Source: Patescibacteria group bacterium (GTDB lineage Bacteria; Patescibacteriota; Doudnabacteria; UBA920). From it: a stretch of 64,000 nt of DNA. Shown here piece after piece: positions 1 to 8,013 of this stretch (position 1 is its first letter; the number at the start of each line of letters is the position of its first letter). Below the pieces are notes generated by a model that was given only the letters and a program-made list of their open reading frames with translations, made no database searches and had not been told where the DNA came from. The stretch is from contig WARV01000001.1 in the NCBI GenBank assembly GCA_013387205.1, positions 86 to 64,085 of the forward strand. The letters are read 5' to 3'. Made by a program: the position numbers and the translations under genes.

Positions 1-64
1 CGGCGGCGAGGTCGGCGGCGAGGTCGGCGGAGTCGGCGGAGTCGGCGGCGAGGTCGGCGGCGGC
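1..64. repeat. GC-rich tandem repeat of 9/12-bp units, (CGGCGG[CG]AGGT)n
   Basis: Direct reading: cggcggcgaggt units repeated about 5 times, in strong contrast to the AT-rich remainder of the window. Frame 2 encodes (GGEV/GGV)n and terminates at TAA 65-67. Confidence 0.8.
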
Positions 65-67
65 TAA
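2..67 (+). CDS. C-terminal fragment of a Gly-rich repeat protein (GGEVGGEVGGVGGVGGEVGGG*), truncated by the window edge
   Basis: Open frame from the window start through the repeat to TAA at 65-67. The frame upstream is unknown. Confidence 0.3.
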   Translation, partial: GGEVGGEVGGVGGVGGEVGGG

Positions 68-425
68 AAAACAAATACTACAAGACTGCCATAACTGGAT
101 AGTTAAAAGAACTAAGCAGTTAGAGGAAATTAATTAATCCAGGTGTTTGAAGGAAAGACCGCCTGGAGCCTAAAAACTAATAAACGTAACAACTATGGAA
201 CAAAATATAATTTTCTATTTAAACTTTCAGATAACCAACGATATTTACAAAGAATTGAATGGCCGTGATGTTGTTCCTGAATTAAGACGTACTGTAATGA
301 ATAGGTTTGCCGAAATACTACTTGAAGAAACTAGTAAGACCCCAGGGAAACATAAGGAATAAATTAGAATCATAATATTAACTCCGAGTTCCCCGCGCAA
401 CTCGTTAAAGAGCGTGAAAAACATT

Positions 426-905
426 ATGGAAATAAAAGAATTAGATGTGTATACATTTAGCTATAACCCAGAAGAATATAAAAAGCGTTTTATGCCAAAC
501 CATTGCTTTGATGGGCAACTAATTGCCTGTAAACACGGTGACGGCTTGCGCTTGGAAGATACCTACTGGAACAGTGGTGACAACAGAGTATTTACATTAG
601 AAGAAGCGTTAAGGTTAGGAACGCTGGAGTTTGTTTGCAATCTAAACGACGTGGAGAAAAGCCACAAATCGGATTTAAAATATTACGACAACAAAGACAT
701 TTTTGATTTGAGCTATCAGCACCACTGTTATGAGTCCTACTATCGGAGAAAAGGCGCGAAGCGCAGCAAAACTAAGATGCTGGAAACGGTAAATAAGAAA
801 CTAGTAGAAGCGCAAAGAGAAGCTGAATACCAGATGAGAAAAATCGAGCAACTATCAGCTACTCGAACCAAGATAGAGCTGGATGACTTAACTGTTTATA
901 TTTAA
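426..905 (+). CDS. Hypothetical phage early protein. The track begins at GTG 414; the ATG at 426 is more likely the start.
   Basis: ORF track entry. Preceded by conserved upstream motif copy 1 (391-416). Confidence 0.45.
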   Translation: MEIKELDVYTFSYNPEEYKKRFMPNHCFDGQLIACKHGDGLRLEDTYWNSGDNRVFTLEEALRLGTLEFVCNLNDVEKSHKSDLKYYDNKDIFDLSYQHHCYESYYRRKGAKRSKTKMLETVNKKLVEAQREAEYQMRKIEQLSATRTKIELDDLTVYI

Positions 906-955
906 ACCCTTAACCACCCCCACGCTCCGAACTAATAAAGAGCGTGGAAGAATGT

Positions 956-1117
956 ATGAAGAAATCTATTGTAATAGTCCTACTAAGTATATTTATTACT
1001 TGGACGTGGATTATACCAACACTGCGTAATATTATTGGCATTATTTCCAATCCGCACTTTCCGGCGCTTGTGTCTATCCCGATGGCTCAGTTTGGAGTAA
1101 TGGTAGTAAACAATTAG
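956..1117 (+). CDS. Small membrane protein (53 aa, one TM helix)
   Basis: Hand translation gives MKKSIVIVLLSIFITWTWIIPTLRNIIG... Preceded by upstream motif copy 2 with a GGAAG SD. Confidence 0.35.
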   Translation: MKKSIVIVLLSIFITWTWIIPTLRNIIGIISNPHFPALVSIPMAQFGVMVVNN

Positions 1118-1214
1118 GCTTTGACTGGCGAGATGGTTCTGTTAGTTACTTAACCAAATGCCCTATTAATCATCCTTAACCCACCCCACGCTCCGGGATT
1201 AGAGAGCGACAATA

Positions 1215-1385
1215 ATGAAAGATTACATTAACGACACTAGCATAACAACTACGAGTTCAACAGGTGTAGACTGCCCTCATCATACAGGCTGGTTCTTTAC
1301 GGTAGAGTTTTGGATATTCTACAAGCGGATGTTTTGGTGCGAGCTGTGCCATTCCGCTTTACCTGCAAGCAATATTAAATCTTAA
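1215..1385 (+). CDS. Small Cys/His-rich protein (56 aa; CPHH...CELCH)
   Basis: Hand translation. Preceded by upstream motif copy 3. Confidence 0.3.
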   Translation: MKDYINDTSITTTSSTGVDCPHHTGWFFTVEFWIFYKRMFWCELCHSALPASNIKS

Positions 1386-1463
1386 CCTAAGCTCTACCAG
1401 CAAGGCTTTAAGTTGCTGGGAAACTTATTATCTAAACGGCTTGCCGTCCTACCGGCGAAACAA

Positions 1464-1583
1464 TGGCAAAATATGGACATTGTGAAGATTGCGGAACCAC
1501 ATTAGAAACAGCAGGCTGTCCTAACTGTCAGGAACTTCTAGTAATACAATCTCAAAGCGAATACCCCTCTCTCGCCGACTAGC
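1464..1583 (+). CDS. Zinc-ribbon mini-protein (39 aa; CEDCG...CPNC)
   Basis: Hand translation gives MAKYGHCEDCGTTLETAGCPNCQELLVIQSQSEYPSLAD. Confidence 0.3.
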
Positions 1584-1715
1584 TTCGGCGGCTGGGGCGG
1601 GCAATAGATATGGGGCTTAACCCTATGCCGGAAAACGGCCTAAAGGTAGCGCTTGAAACATGATTCGCCTATGGTCTATTGTCCACCTTAGCCTTAATTA
1701 ACCATAAACAACAAT

Positions 1716-2288
1716 ATGAAATTAGAGAAACAAGTGGTCAGCCTAGAGCTGGCTAGAAGGCTTAAGGAACCCCTAGGTGCATCTAGTACCTGGGTAGATG
1801 TTAAGGGCTACAAGGGACTTTATCAAGTTAATGGATGTGGTTTCGTGCGCTCATTGAAACGCAGTAACGGGTACGGAAGTAGGCGGGCAAACCGCTTGTT
1901 GAGTTTGTACCTAAAGAAGGGTTATAAAGTCGTTGCATTAAGCAAACATAGGAAAACTAAATACTATACAGTCCATCAGCTTGTAGCTCGTGCCTTCCTA
2001 AAGAAGCCAGTCGGAACGGTTGAAGTGAACCACAAAGACGGCAACAAACTGAATTGTGGTTGGAGCAATCTTGAATGGTGTACGAAATCCTATAATCAGC
2101 AACACGCGAGACGTTTAGGCTTGCAAGGCGGTGAACATTCCAATACAGCAAAACTTACTATTAAGCAGGTACGGCAGATAAGGCGGCTTTACCCGAAAAT
2201 TAAGGCTTTGGCCCTCTCCAAGATGTTTGGCATACGAGAGAGTAGTATATACAAAATCCTTAAACGCCAAACTTGGAGGTATGTATGA
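1716..2288 (+). CDS. HNH homing endonuclease (NUMOD4-like N-terminus, HNH core, C-terminal HTH)
   Basis: Motifs KGYKGLYQVNGCGFVRS (NUMOD4-like) and VNHKDGNKLNCGWSNLEWCTKSYNQQHA (HNH_3). C-terminal LSKMFGIRESSIYKILKRQTW resembles an HTH. Confidence 0.8.
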   Translation: MKLEKQVVSLELARRLKEPLGASSTWVDVKGYKGLYQVNGCGFVRSLKRSNGYGSRRANRLLSLYLKKGYKVVALSKHRKTKYYTVHQLVARAFLKKPVGTVEVNHKDGNKLNCGWSNLEWCTKSYNQQHARRLGLQGGEHSNTAKLTIKQVRQIRRLYPKIKALALSKMFGIRESSIYKILKRQTWRYV

Positions 2289-2650
2289 AGCTGGAAGACC
2301 AAGTAGTTTCATTAGAACTTGCGAAGAAGCTAAAAGCCTTAAATGTGAAGCAGGAGAGCCTATGGTTTTGGGGAAGACGCGGCAATGCTCCGGCGCGTAT
2401 CTATTCTGAGCCAATGTATGAGACTGAACCTGGTGAATGGCACGAATACCAAGATGTCTGTTCCGCCTTCACCGTTGCCGAGCTGGGAGAAATGTGGATA
2501 GAGTTAGAAATCGATGAACCGTTACCGCATATTGGTGTTGATGGGTGGTATTGGTATAAAGGCGAACGTGAGATGAAAGCAAGAACCGAAGCCGACGCTA
2601 GAGGTGCAATGTTAGTATATCTTTTAGAAAATAAACTTATAACTTTATGA
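2285..2650 (+). CDS. Hypothetical protein. Its N-terminus (MKLEDQVVSLELAKKLKA) is paralogous to the N-terminus of the upstream HNH ORF.
   Basis: ORF track entry. The start overlaps the stop of the HNH gene. Confidence 0.5.
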   Translation: MKLEDQVVSLELAKKLKALNVKQESLWFWGRRGNAPARIYSEPMYETEPGEWHEYQDVCSAFTVAELGEMWIELEIDEPLPHIGVDGWYWYKGEREMKARTEADARGAMLVYLLENKLITL

Positions 2651-3027
2651 TACCCGAACAATGCATAAAAATAGCGATTGAGAATGGATATGACTTTTGG
2701 GGTTACAAAGACTTCAAAATGGATGATGAAAGAGTTGTCCTAATTTACAATGGCGACTGTATGGACGAAAGGCCGCTTTCTGATATAGCCCAAGACCCTG
2801 CTTTCTGGCAAGCCTTAGGCAAGGGGTTTGGGTGGGACGAAAAAGCATTTTGCAATCACTGTTACATTGACAAGCAAAGTTGGGAGGAGAAGCCGAGAAA
2901 GTGTGCAGGTGACTGGCTTAAACACGAATTTAATGACTGGCTCTACCACGCTCTCCGTTACTTTGAAACCCTCTTAACCGGCGGCAACCTGGAGCAGTTC
3001 TGGAAAAAATTATTACCAAAGGAGTAA
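2647..3027 (+). CDS. Hypothetical phage protein
   Basis: ORF track entry. Overlapping start/stop with its neighbours. Confidence 0.5.
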   Translation: MIPEQCIKIAIENGYDFWGYKDFKMDDERVVLIYNGDCMDERPLSDIAQDPAFWQALGKGFGWDEKAFCNHCYIDKQSWEEKPRKCAGDWLKHEFNDWLYHALRYFETLLTGGNLEQFWKKLLPKE

Positions 3028-3029
3028 AT

Positions 3030-3467
3030 ATGGAAAACTATGAACAGCTAAAGCAAGTCATCCAGGCAGCTAACCCCGGCATAGTAGATACAGCCAAACT
3101 AGAGAAACAGGTTCGCACCATAATAGCCACTCCTTGGCTTAACTATGCTAAACGAATTAAGGCTGATGACGCAGAGCTTGAAGTAATGCAAAAAATGATT
3201 GATATAAATACCATCCAGTTAATGGAAACCCTCGGTCGCCCCATCAGGCTTGCGGATGTGCTGGTGGCAATACAAAATACTGGCGTCGCTTGTGCTTTTT
3301 ATGGCGATAACAAACTTTGGTTGGTAGAGCCTGATTTGAAAGAGAACTTGCAGGGAAGAAAGAATTGTACTTGGAACCTCCTCCACGATTCCCTTGACTG
3401 GCACTACCACAACCAACCGGAGACGGTAAAGTTCCTTATAGAAGCATTAGTCCCTAAGAAAGGATAG
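3030..3467 (+). CDS. Hypothetical phage protein
   Basis: ORF track entry. Tightly packed with its neighbours. Confidence 0.5.
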   Translation: MENYEQLKQVIQAANPGIVDTAKLEKQVRTIIATPWLNYAKRIKADDAELEVMQKMIDINTIQLMETLGRPIRLADVLVAIQNTGVACAFYGDNKLWLVEPDLKENLQGRKNCTWNLLHDSLDWHYHNQPETVKFLIEALVPKKG

Positions 3468-3470
3468 GCT

Positions 3471-3728
3471 ATGGAAAACAACATTGAGAAAAAAGAATGG
3501 CAAAAAGTGTTTTTAGAAGCAGGAACGAAAGAAGTCGGACTTGATTTGTCGATTATGATACCAGTAGTGTCCTCCCTCCTCACCGAAGCCCGTCAGCAAG
3601 TGATTACAGGGATAAGGGAGATGGTAACCGAACGGTTGCGGAACTTTGCCAATACTCCAATATTAGACCGGAAAAATGGTTACGAGGAACTAGCCGATTT
3701 CCTTAAAGCCTTAAACAAACTTAGCTAA
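3471..3728 (+). CDS. Hypothetical phage protein
   Basis: ORF track entry. Confidence 0.45.
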   Translation: MENNIEKKEWQKVFLEAGTKEVGLDLSIMIPVVSSLLTEARQQVITGIREMVTERLRNFANTPILDRKNGYEELADFLKALNKLS

Positions 3729-3881
3729 AAACAATTATGACTAATCACCAACTTTATTTATTAATATCAAACTTATTCTTAATAGCCTCTTTCATATCTA
3801 ACAAGAATGATGGAATATTACTAGTTATTAGTTTTATTTGGTTAATGTTATCAATATTATCTTTAATCTTTAAATAATAAT

Positions 3882-4142
3882 ATGAAAGAAATCGAACTAA
3901 ATCCAGACGGCACATTTCCACGGAAGTATGCAAAGGCACAATATGTGACTTATACAGCCACTACCAGTTTTAACCCTGACTGGAAACCCGAACCGAAAAA
4001 GCCAAAGACGTGGAAAGGGCGACGGAAAGAAGTTAAGGATTTCATTGTTTACTTGTGGATTATGTGGTGCTTGGTTAGTGGAAGTCTATTGTTACTCTGG
4101 CAAGTAATACGGGTAATAGTTTGGATAATTAAGAAATTTTAA
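3882..4142 (+). CDS. Hypothetical protein with C-terminal TM helix
   Basis: ORF track entry. C-terminal hydrophobic stretch LWIMWCLVSGSLLLLWQVIRVIVWII. Confidence 0.4.
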   Translation: MKEIELNPDGTFPRKYAKAQYVTYTATTSFNPDWKPEPKKPKTWKGRRKEVKDFIVYLWIMWCLVSGSLLLLWQVIRVIVWIIKKF

Positions 4143-4146
4143 CCCT

Positions 4147-4347
4147 ATGGAAATTAATCTTTGCTGTGACGACTGCGGTATTGAAGCCAACAGGCTGACA
4201 TGCCTTAAAAAATATGGACATGAGCCGCTTAAAAAGAAGTTTGACTGCTCGACCTACCACTTAGGGCAGTGCGACAAATGCAAGCAGGAAAAGTGGATTA
4301 CGGAGGTTAGGGATTTTTACCATCCTGATTTTGACCTTATAAGCTAA
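4147..4347 (+). CDS. Small Cys-rich (Zn-ribbon-like) protein
   Basis: Cys pairs CCDDCG...C...CDKCKQ. Confidence 0.4.
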   Translation: MEINLCCDDCGIEANRLTCLKKYGHEPLKKKFDCSTYHLGQCDKCKQEKWITEVRDFYHPDFDLIS

Positions 4348-4364
4348 AACTAAAATTAATTATA

Positions 4365-4676
4365 ATGAAAAATAACCAGGAAAATTCACCATACTATCAC
4401 AGTGAACTAAAAGGATGCAAGTTAATAAAGCGTAAGATTTGGCCAAGTAAATCCTCTTCTGCAACGGATAAATACCGTTGGCTGGATGGAAGATACTGCC
4501 TTACCCACAAAACGGTTTGTTGCAGATGTGGTTGGCAGTTTGGTTATCATAACGGAGATTCCAGTGCGTGGTTGAATAAGATGTTTGCTAATTCTAAAAG
4601 AGATTATACAGTAACCCCGGAAATGAGAATAAAGCTTTTAAATAACTTAAGTAAAACTCCTAGTTGGCAAAAATGA
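4365..4676 (+). CDS. Hypothetical Cys-rich protein
   Basis: ORF track entry. Contains CLTHKTVCCRCGWQFGYH. Confidence 0.4.
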   Translation: MKNNQENSPYYHSELKGCKLIKRKIWPSKSSSATDKYRWLDGRYCLTHKTVCCRCGWQFGYHNGDSSAWLNKMFANSKRDYTVTPEMRIKLLNNLSKTPSWQK

Positions 4677-4915
4677 AGATTTCATGTCCACATTGCAAAA
4701 GAATAGTTATGGAAACAGATGGAAAGGTCATGACCATACTTTTAAAACGTAACAAAGATTTTATTACCATACCATTCTCCAGTGGTCCATTTTACCATAG
4801 TTTATGCGGAAATTCCTTTGCAATGCCCTTGTCAGAAATCACAATTAGGAGTATAATCATAACAGACACAATCAAAGAGGCTGCTTGCGAAACATCAAGC
4901 GTAAACCAAAGATAA
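4664..4915 (+). CDS. Small Zn-ribbon-like protein (SCPHCKR...)
   Basis: ORF track entry. Start overlaps the upstream stop. Confidence 0.35.
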   Translation: MAKMKISCPHCKRIVMETDGKVMTILLKRNKDFITIPFSSGPFYHSLCGNSFAMPLSEITIRSIIITDTIKEAACETSSVNQR

Positions 4916-5155
4916 CCTCATAATCCGGCCAAAAGCCGCCAGAATGACTGGAAAAGTTTCTCTTACTTTGCTTAAGGGAAGTTTTTACAGTTTTTATTAT
5001 GATACTAAACCGACATAACTGCTCTAACCCCGCATTTTATGGTAAAGAACTAAGGTTTGTGATAGACGGGCAATTAATTAATGATCCAGAGCTAAGAATA
5101 GAAGTTCCGGCTGAATTTGATTTTATACAGGGCTTATTTCCTAAGGATTACAAAA

Positions 5156-5329
5156 ATGCCAAAGATTACTTTAAGATGCGCTAAATGCTTTAATGAGATA
5201 AAGGAAAAACCGGTAATCGTGAATGCAGTAAAAGCATTCCATCCCGATTGTTATTACAAGAACATTGATGAAGTTGGACTAACTCCGGCACAAGTAAAGA
5301 AACTAAACAAAAAATGTGCAACAAGGTAG
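5156..5329 (+). CDS. Small Zn-ribbon-like protein (LRCAKCFNEI...HPDCY)
   Basis: Internal ATG with an AGGA SD. The track ORF 5117..5329 overlaps the 4999..5184 ORF. Confidence 0.3.
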   Translation: MPKITLRCAKCFNEIKEKPVIVNAVKAFHPDCYYKNIDEVGLTPAQVKKLNKKCATR

Positions 5330-5550
5330 GGTTTGGGAAAAATAGGATAGGTAAGACATTACGGACTTTTAGTAAGTTTAAAGAAATGCGAGCATATAAA
5401 TGCGATAGATGTGGAAAGTATCATTTAACAAGCCAAACAAGATTTAATCCAGTATATAATAGGTGATTTATGTGGTATAAGATTTTGATTCCCATACTAG
5501 CAGTAATAATCGGATGGATATTAGGAAAATTAAGTTTAAAAAATTAGTTT

Positions 5551-5964
5551 ATGGCATATAGGAAGATAAAAAAGAACGGGGAAGCTGCAAAGCCAACTTT
5601 AGGGAAAGGAAAACAACCTAAAGTTTCTTTGGATGTATTTACTAAGGTTACGAACGAATATTTGGAATACTGCGAAAAGAATAAACAAATACCCCTTATT
5701 AAGAAATTGGCGGTTTTATTGGGAATTGACACGGATACGCTTGTGAATTATCGCAAAAAGCCGCATTATTCGGCGATTTTAAAAAGAATTGATGATTTGA
5801 CTGAAATTGCTCTTTTGGAGAAGGGAATTAATGAAAATAAGCCTGTATTTCCTATGTTTTTGTTGAAATCAAAGTTTGGCTACGTTGAACAGCAGTATGT
5901 TAAGGCTGATGTAAGTTTATCCGGTTCGTTAGGTTTTAGCCCTTTACCAAGTAAGAAACGCTAG
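5551..5964 (+). CDS. terS: Phage terminase small subunit
   Basis: HTH-like segment IPLIKKLAVLLGIDTDTLVNYRKK and the FLLKSKFGY motif typical of small terminase subunits. Lies upstream of terL. Confidence 0.7.
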   Translation: MAYRKIKKNGEAAKPTLGKGKQPKVSLDVFTKVTNEYLEYCEKNKQIPLIKKLAVLLGIDTDTLVNYRKKPHYSAILKRIDDLTEIALLEKGINENKPVFPMFLLKSKFGYVEQQYVKADVSLSGSLGFSPLPSKKR

Positions 5965-6251
5965 TATTTACAGGGGTTTTATATACGCGTCGCATAAGGT
6001 GTCTTGGGCGACGCGGGATAATTTGCCCTAGGACAAGAGTAAATACCTGAAACGGCTAATGCATCAGCTTTAGGATAAACGCTTAACCTGGGGGCAAATA
6101 ACAACAATAGGGGGGTATACAAACGTTCACCGGGTGGGGGAACCCCGAATGTCCTTATAGGGACTCCAGTATATAAGTATCTGTCCCCAAATCTAATTTA
6201 ACCCCTAAAAGATTGTAACGCAAGCGTAACAATGTAACGATTCCGTAACAT

Positions 6252-6464
6252 ATGGCGAATATCGATTGTGATAATTGTGGTAAGAAGCTAATTAAGACTG
6301 TATTTTGTTGCGATAAATGCCGAGTTTATTATTTCCGTAAAAACCATAGTTCCATTGTTGTAACAAAACGTAACGTTACAGAAGTAACTGATTCATTCAA
6401 AGAGCGTAAACCATTGAAGGCTTGTAGTAAGCATGGAGGTTCATTCACCTGTGGCTGTTCCTGA
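6252..6464 (+). CDS. Small Cys-rich protein (CDNCGKK...CDKCR)
   Basis: ORF track entry. Preceded by a GTAAC(G/A) repeat cluster. Confidence 0.35.
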   Translation: MANIDCDNCGKKLIKTVFCCDKCRVYYFRKNHSSIVVTKRNVTEVTDSFKERKPLKACSKHGGSFTCGCS

Positions 6465-6590
6465 ATTTTTTTAAAAGCATAAAAAGGCTTTAACAATCTA
6501 ATCACCACATCAATTGGCAACCGTGTACACGTTGCGAATGTTGTGGTGACGTTCGCAGCATATACACCGTTATCAAGCGGTGTATTTTTT

Positions 6591-8012
6591 ATGGCTAAAC
6601 GGAAGAAAATAGCAATTTGGGAACCCCAGCCAAGACAAGAAGCTGCTTTAGTAAGGGATGAATACGAAATTTTATATGGTGGCGCAAGAGGAGGGGGTAA
6701 GACAGACGCTGGAATTCACTGGCTCCGCTATCCATTAGAAAGCTTTGTTGAATCCTGGAAGAAGCGTTCCCCGCTAGTTAGCTCTTTGGCAAGATACAAG
6801 GCATTAGTTATTAGAAGGAATGTTAATGATTTAAGCGATTGGTTGGATAGGGCGGAGTATTGGTATAAGAAAATTTACGGGAATTTTGTTACTTTTACCG
6901 GCAAACCCGTAGAAATAAAGTTTTTTGAAGGAGTAGATCCTGCAGCTTGTCCGACAATAAAAACCGGACACTTAAAAGACGAAGACGCTTACCAGAAATA
7001 TCAGGGACACGAATACCAAAGGCAGGTTATCGAAGAATTGACGCAGATAGCGGATATTAGGAATTACGAAAACTTAATAATGTCCTGCCGTTCCACTATT
7101 CCAGAAATCCAGCCCCAAGTTTTTTCCACGACAAACCCCGATGGCCCAGGATTCTACTGGGTGAAAAAAAGATTTTCTATCCCCGATTATCCTGGTAACA
7201 ATCCGATTGAAACGGTTGAAGACGTAAAAATGCCCGATGGGTCAGTAAAACAAATAAGAAGGGTGTTTGTAAAGTCTTTACTTTCCGATAACCGCAAACT
7301 TGACGAAGCTAATCCGAGTTACCGGGTGAACCTGGCTTCCATGTCTGACGAAGCCAAAAAAAGAGCCTGGTTAGAAGGTTACTGGGGCGAACCGATTATC
7401 GAGGGAGTAATTTACGAGAAAGAAATGAAGCAAGCCAGGTTTGACGGACGAATAGGAGAAGTTCCCTGGGACACCACAAAACCTGTTTACACCTATTGGG
7501 ATATTGGACGTGATGCGACCCCGATTTGGTTTGTGCAGTTTGTAGGTCACGCCATCCATTTTATAGATTTTTACGAGGCCAGTAATCAGGATTTAGCACA
7601 TTTTGCACAAGTTTTAAGAAGCAAGCCTTACTGGTATGGCGGACATTTTGGGCCTCATGACCTTTCGCACAAGAACATGGCTGGGGCGTCAACCTGGAGT
7701 TTAGCCCAAGATTTTGGGATAGTTTTTCAAACCCCTTTAGGTAAGGATTCAATCTCCGACGGGATTGAGATGGTTAAGTCCAAGTTTTCTAGATTCAAAT
7801 TTGACGCTAATAAATGCGTTGAGGGGATTAAGCGATTAAGTGCTTACCGCCGGGAACACGACGACGAAAAGAATGTTTTTAAGGACATTCCCGTACACGA
7901 TTGGGCTTCTCACGCATCCGACGCTTTGAGGTATATGGCAATGGCTCCCGAACCATTGGAACCAGGAGCATTAGACCAAAATTTTAATTTATACACAACT
8001 AAGTATAACTAA
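6591..8012 (+). CDS. terL: Phage terminase large subunit
   Basis: Walker A motif YGGARGGGKT and a C-terminal nuclease-like region. The track starts at 6543; the internal MAKRKK at 6591 is the likelier start. Confidence 0.85.
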   Translation: MAKRKKIAIWEPQPRQEAALVRDEYEILYGGARGGGKTDAGIHWLRYPLESFVESWKKRSPLVSSLARYKALVIRRNVNDLSDWLDRAEYWYKKIYGNFVTFTGKPVEIKFFEGVDPAACPTIKTGHLKDEDAYQKYQGHEYQRQVIEELTQIADIRNYENLIMSCRSTIPEIQPQVFSTTNPDGPGFYWVKKRFSIPDYPGNNPIETVEDVKMPDGSVKQIRRVFVKSLLSDNRKLDEANPSYRVNLASMSDEAKKRAWLEGYWGEPIIEGVIYEKEMKQARFDGRIGEVPWDTTKPVYTYWDIGRDATPIWFVQFVGHAIHFIDFYEASNQDLAHFAQVLRSKPYWYGGHFGPHDLSHKNMAGASTWSLAQDFGIVFQTPLGKDSISDGIEMVKSKFSRFKFDANKCVEGIKRLSAYRREHDDEKNVFKDIPVHDWASHASDALRYMAMAPEPLEPGALDQNFNLYTTKYN

Positions 8013-8013
8013 T

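Noticed and set aside
1-64. Tandem repeat considered as a CRISPR array
   Set aside because: The units are 9-12 bp and contiguous, with no spacers and no cas genes. It is a coding microsatellite-like repeat.
1957-2414. Minus-strand ORFs 1957..2151 and 2115..2414 inside the HNH and downstream genes
   Set aside because: Fully overlapped by better-supported + strand genes with recognisable domains, so they are shadow ORFs.
3754-3939. Minus-strand 61-aa ORF in the AT-rich spacer at 3754..3939
   Set aside because: Low-complexity AT-rich translation with no RBS. It overlaps the start of the + strand 3882 ORF.
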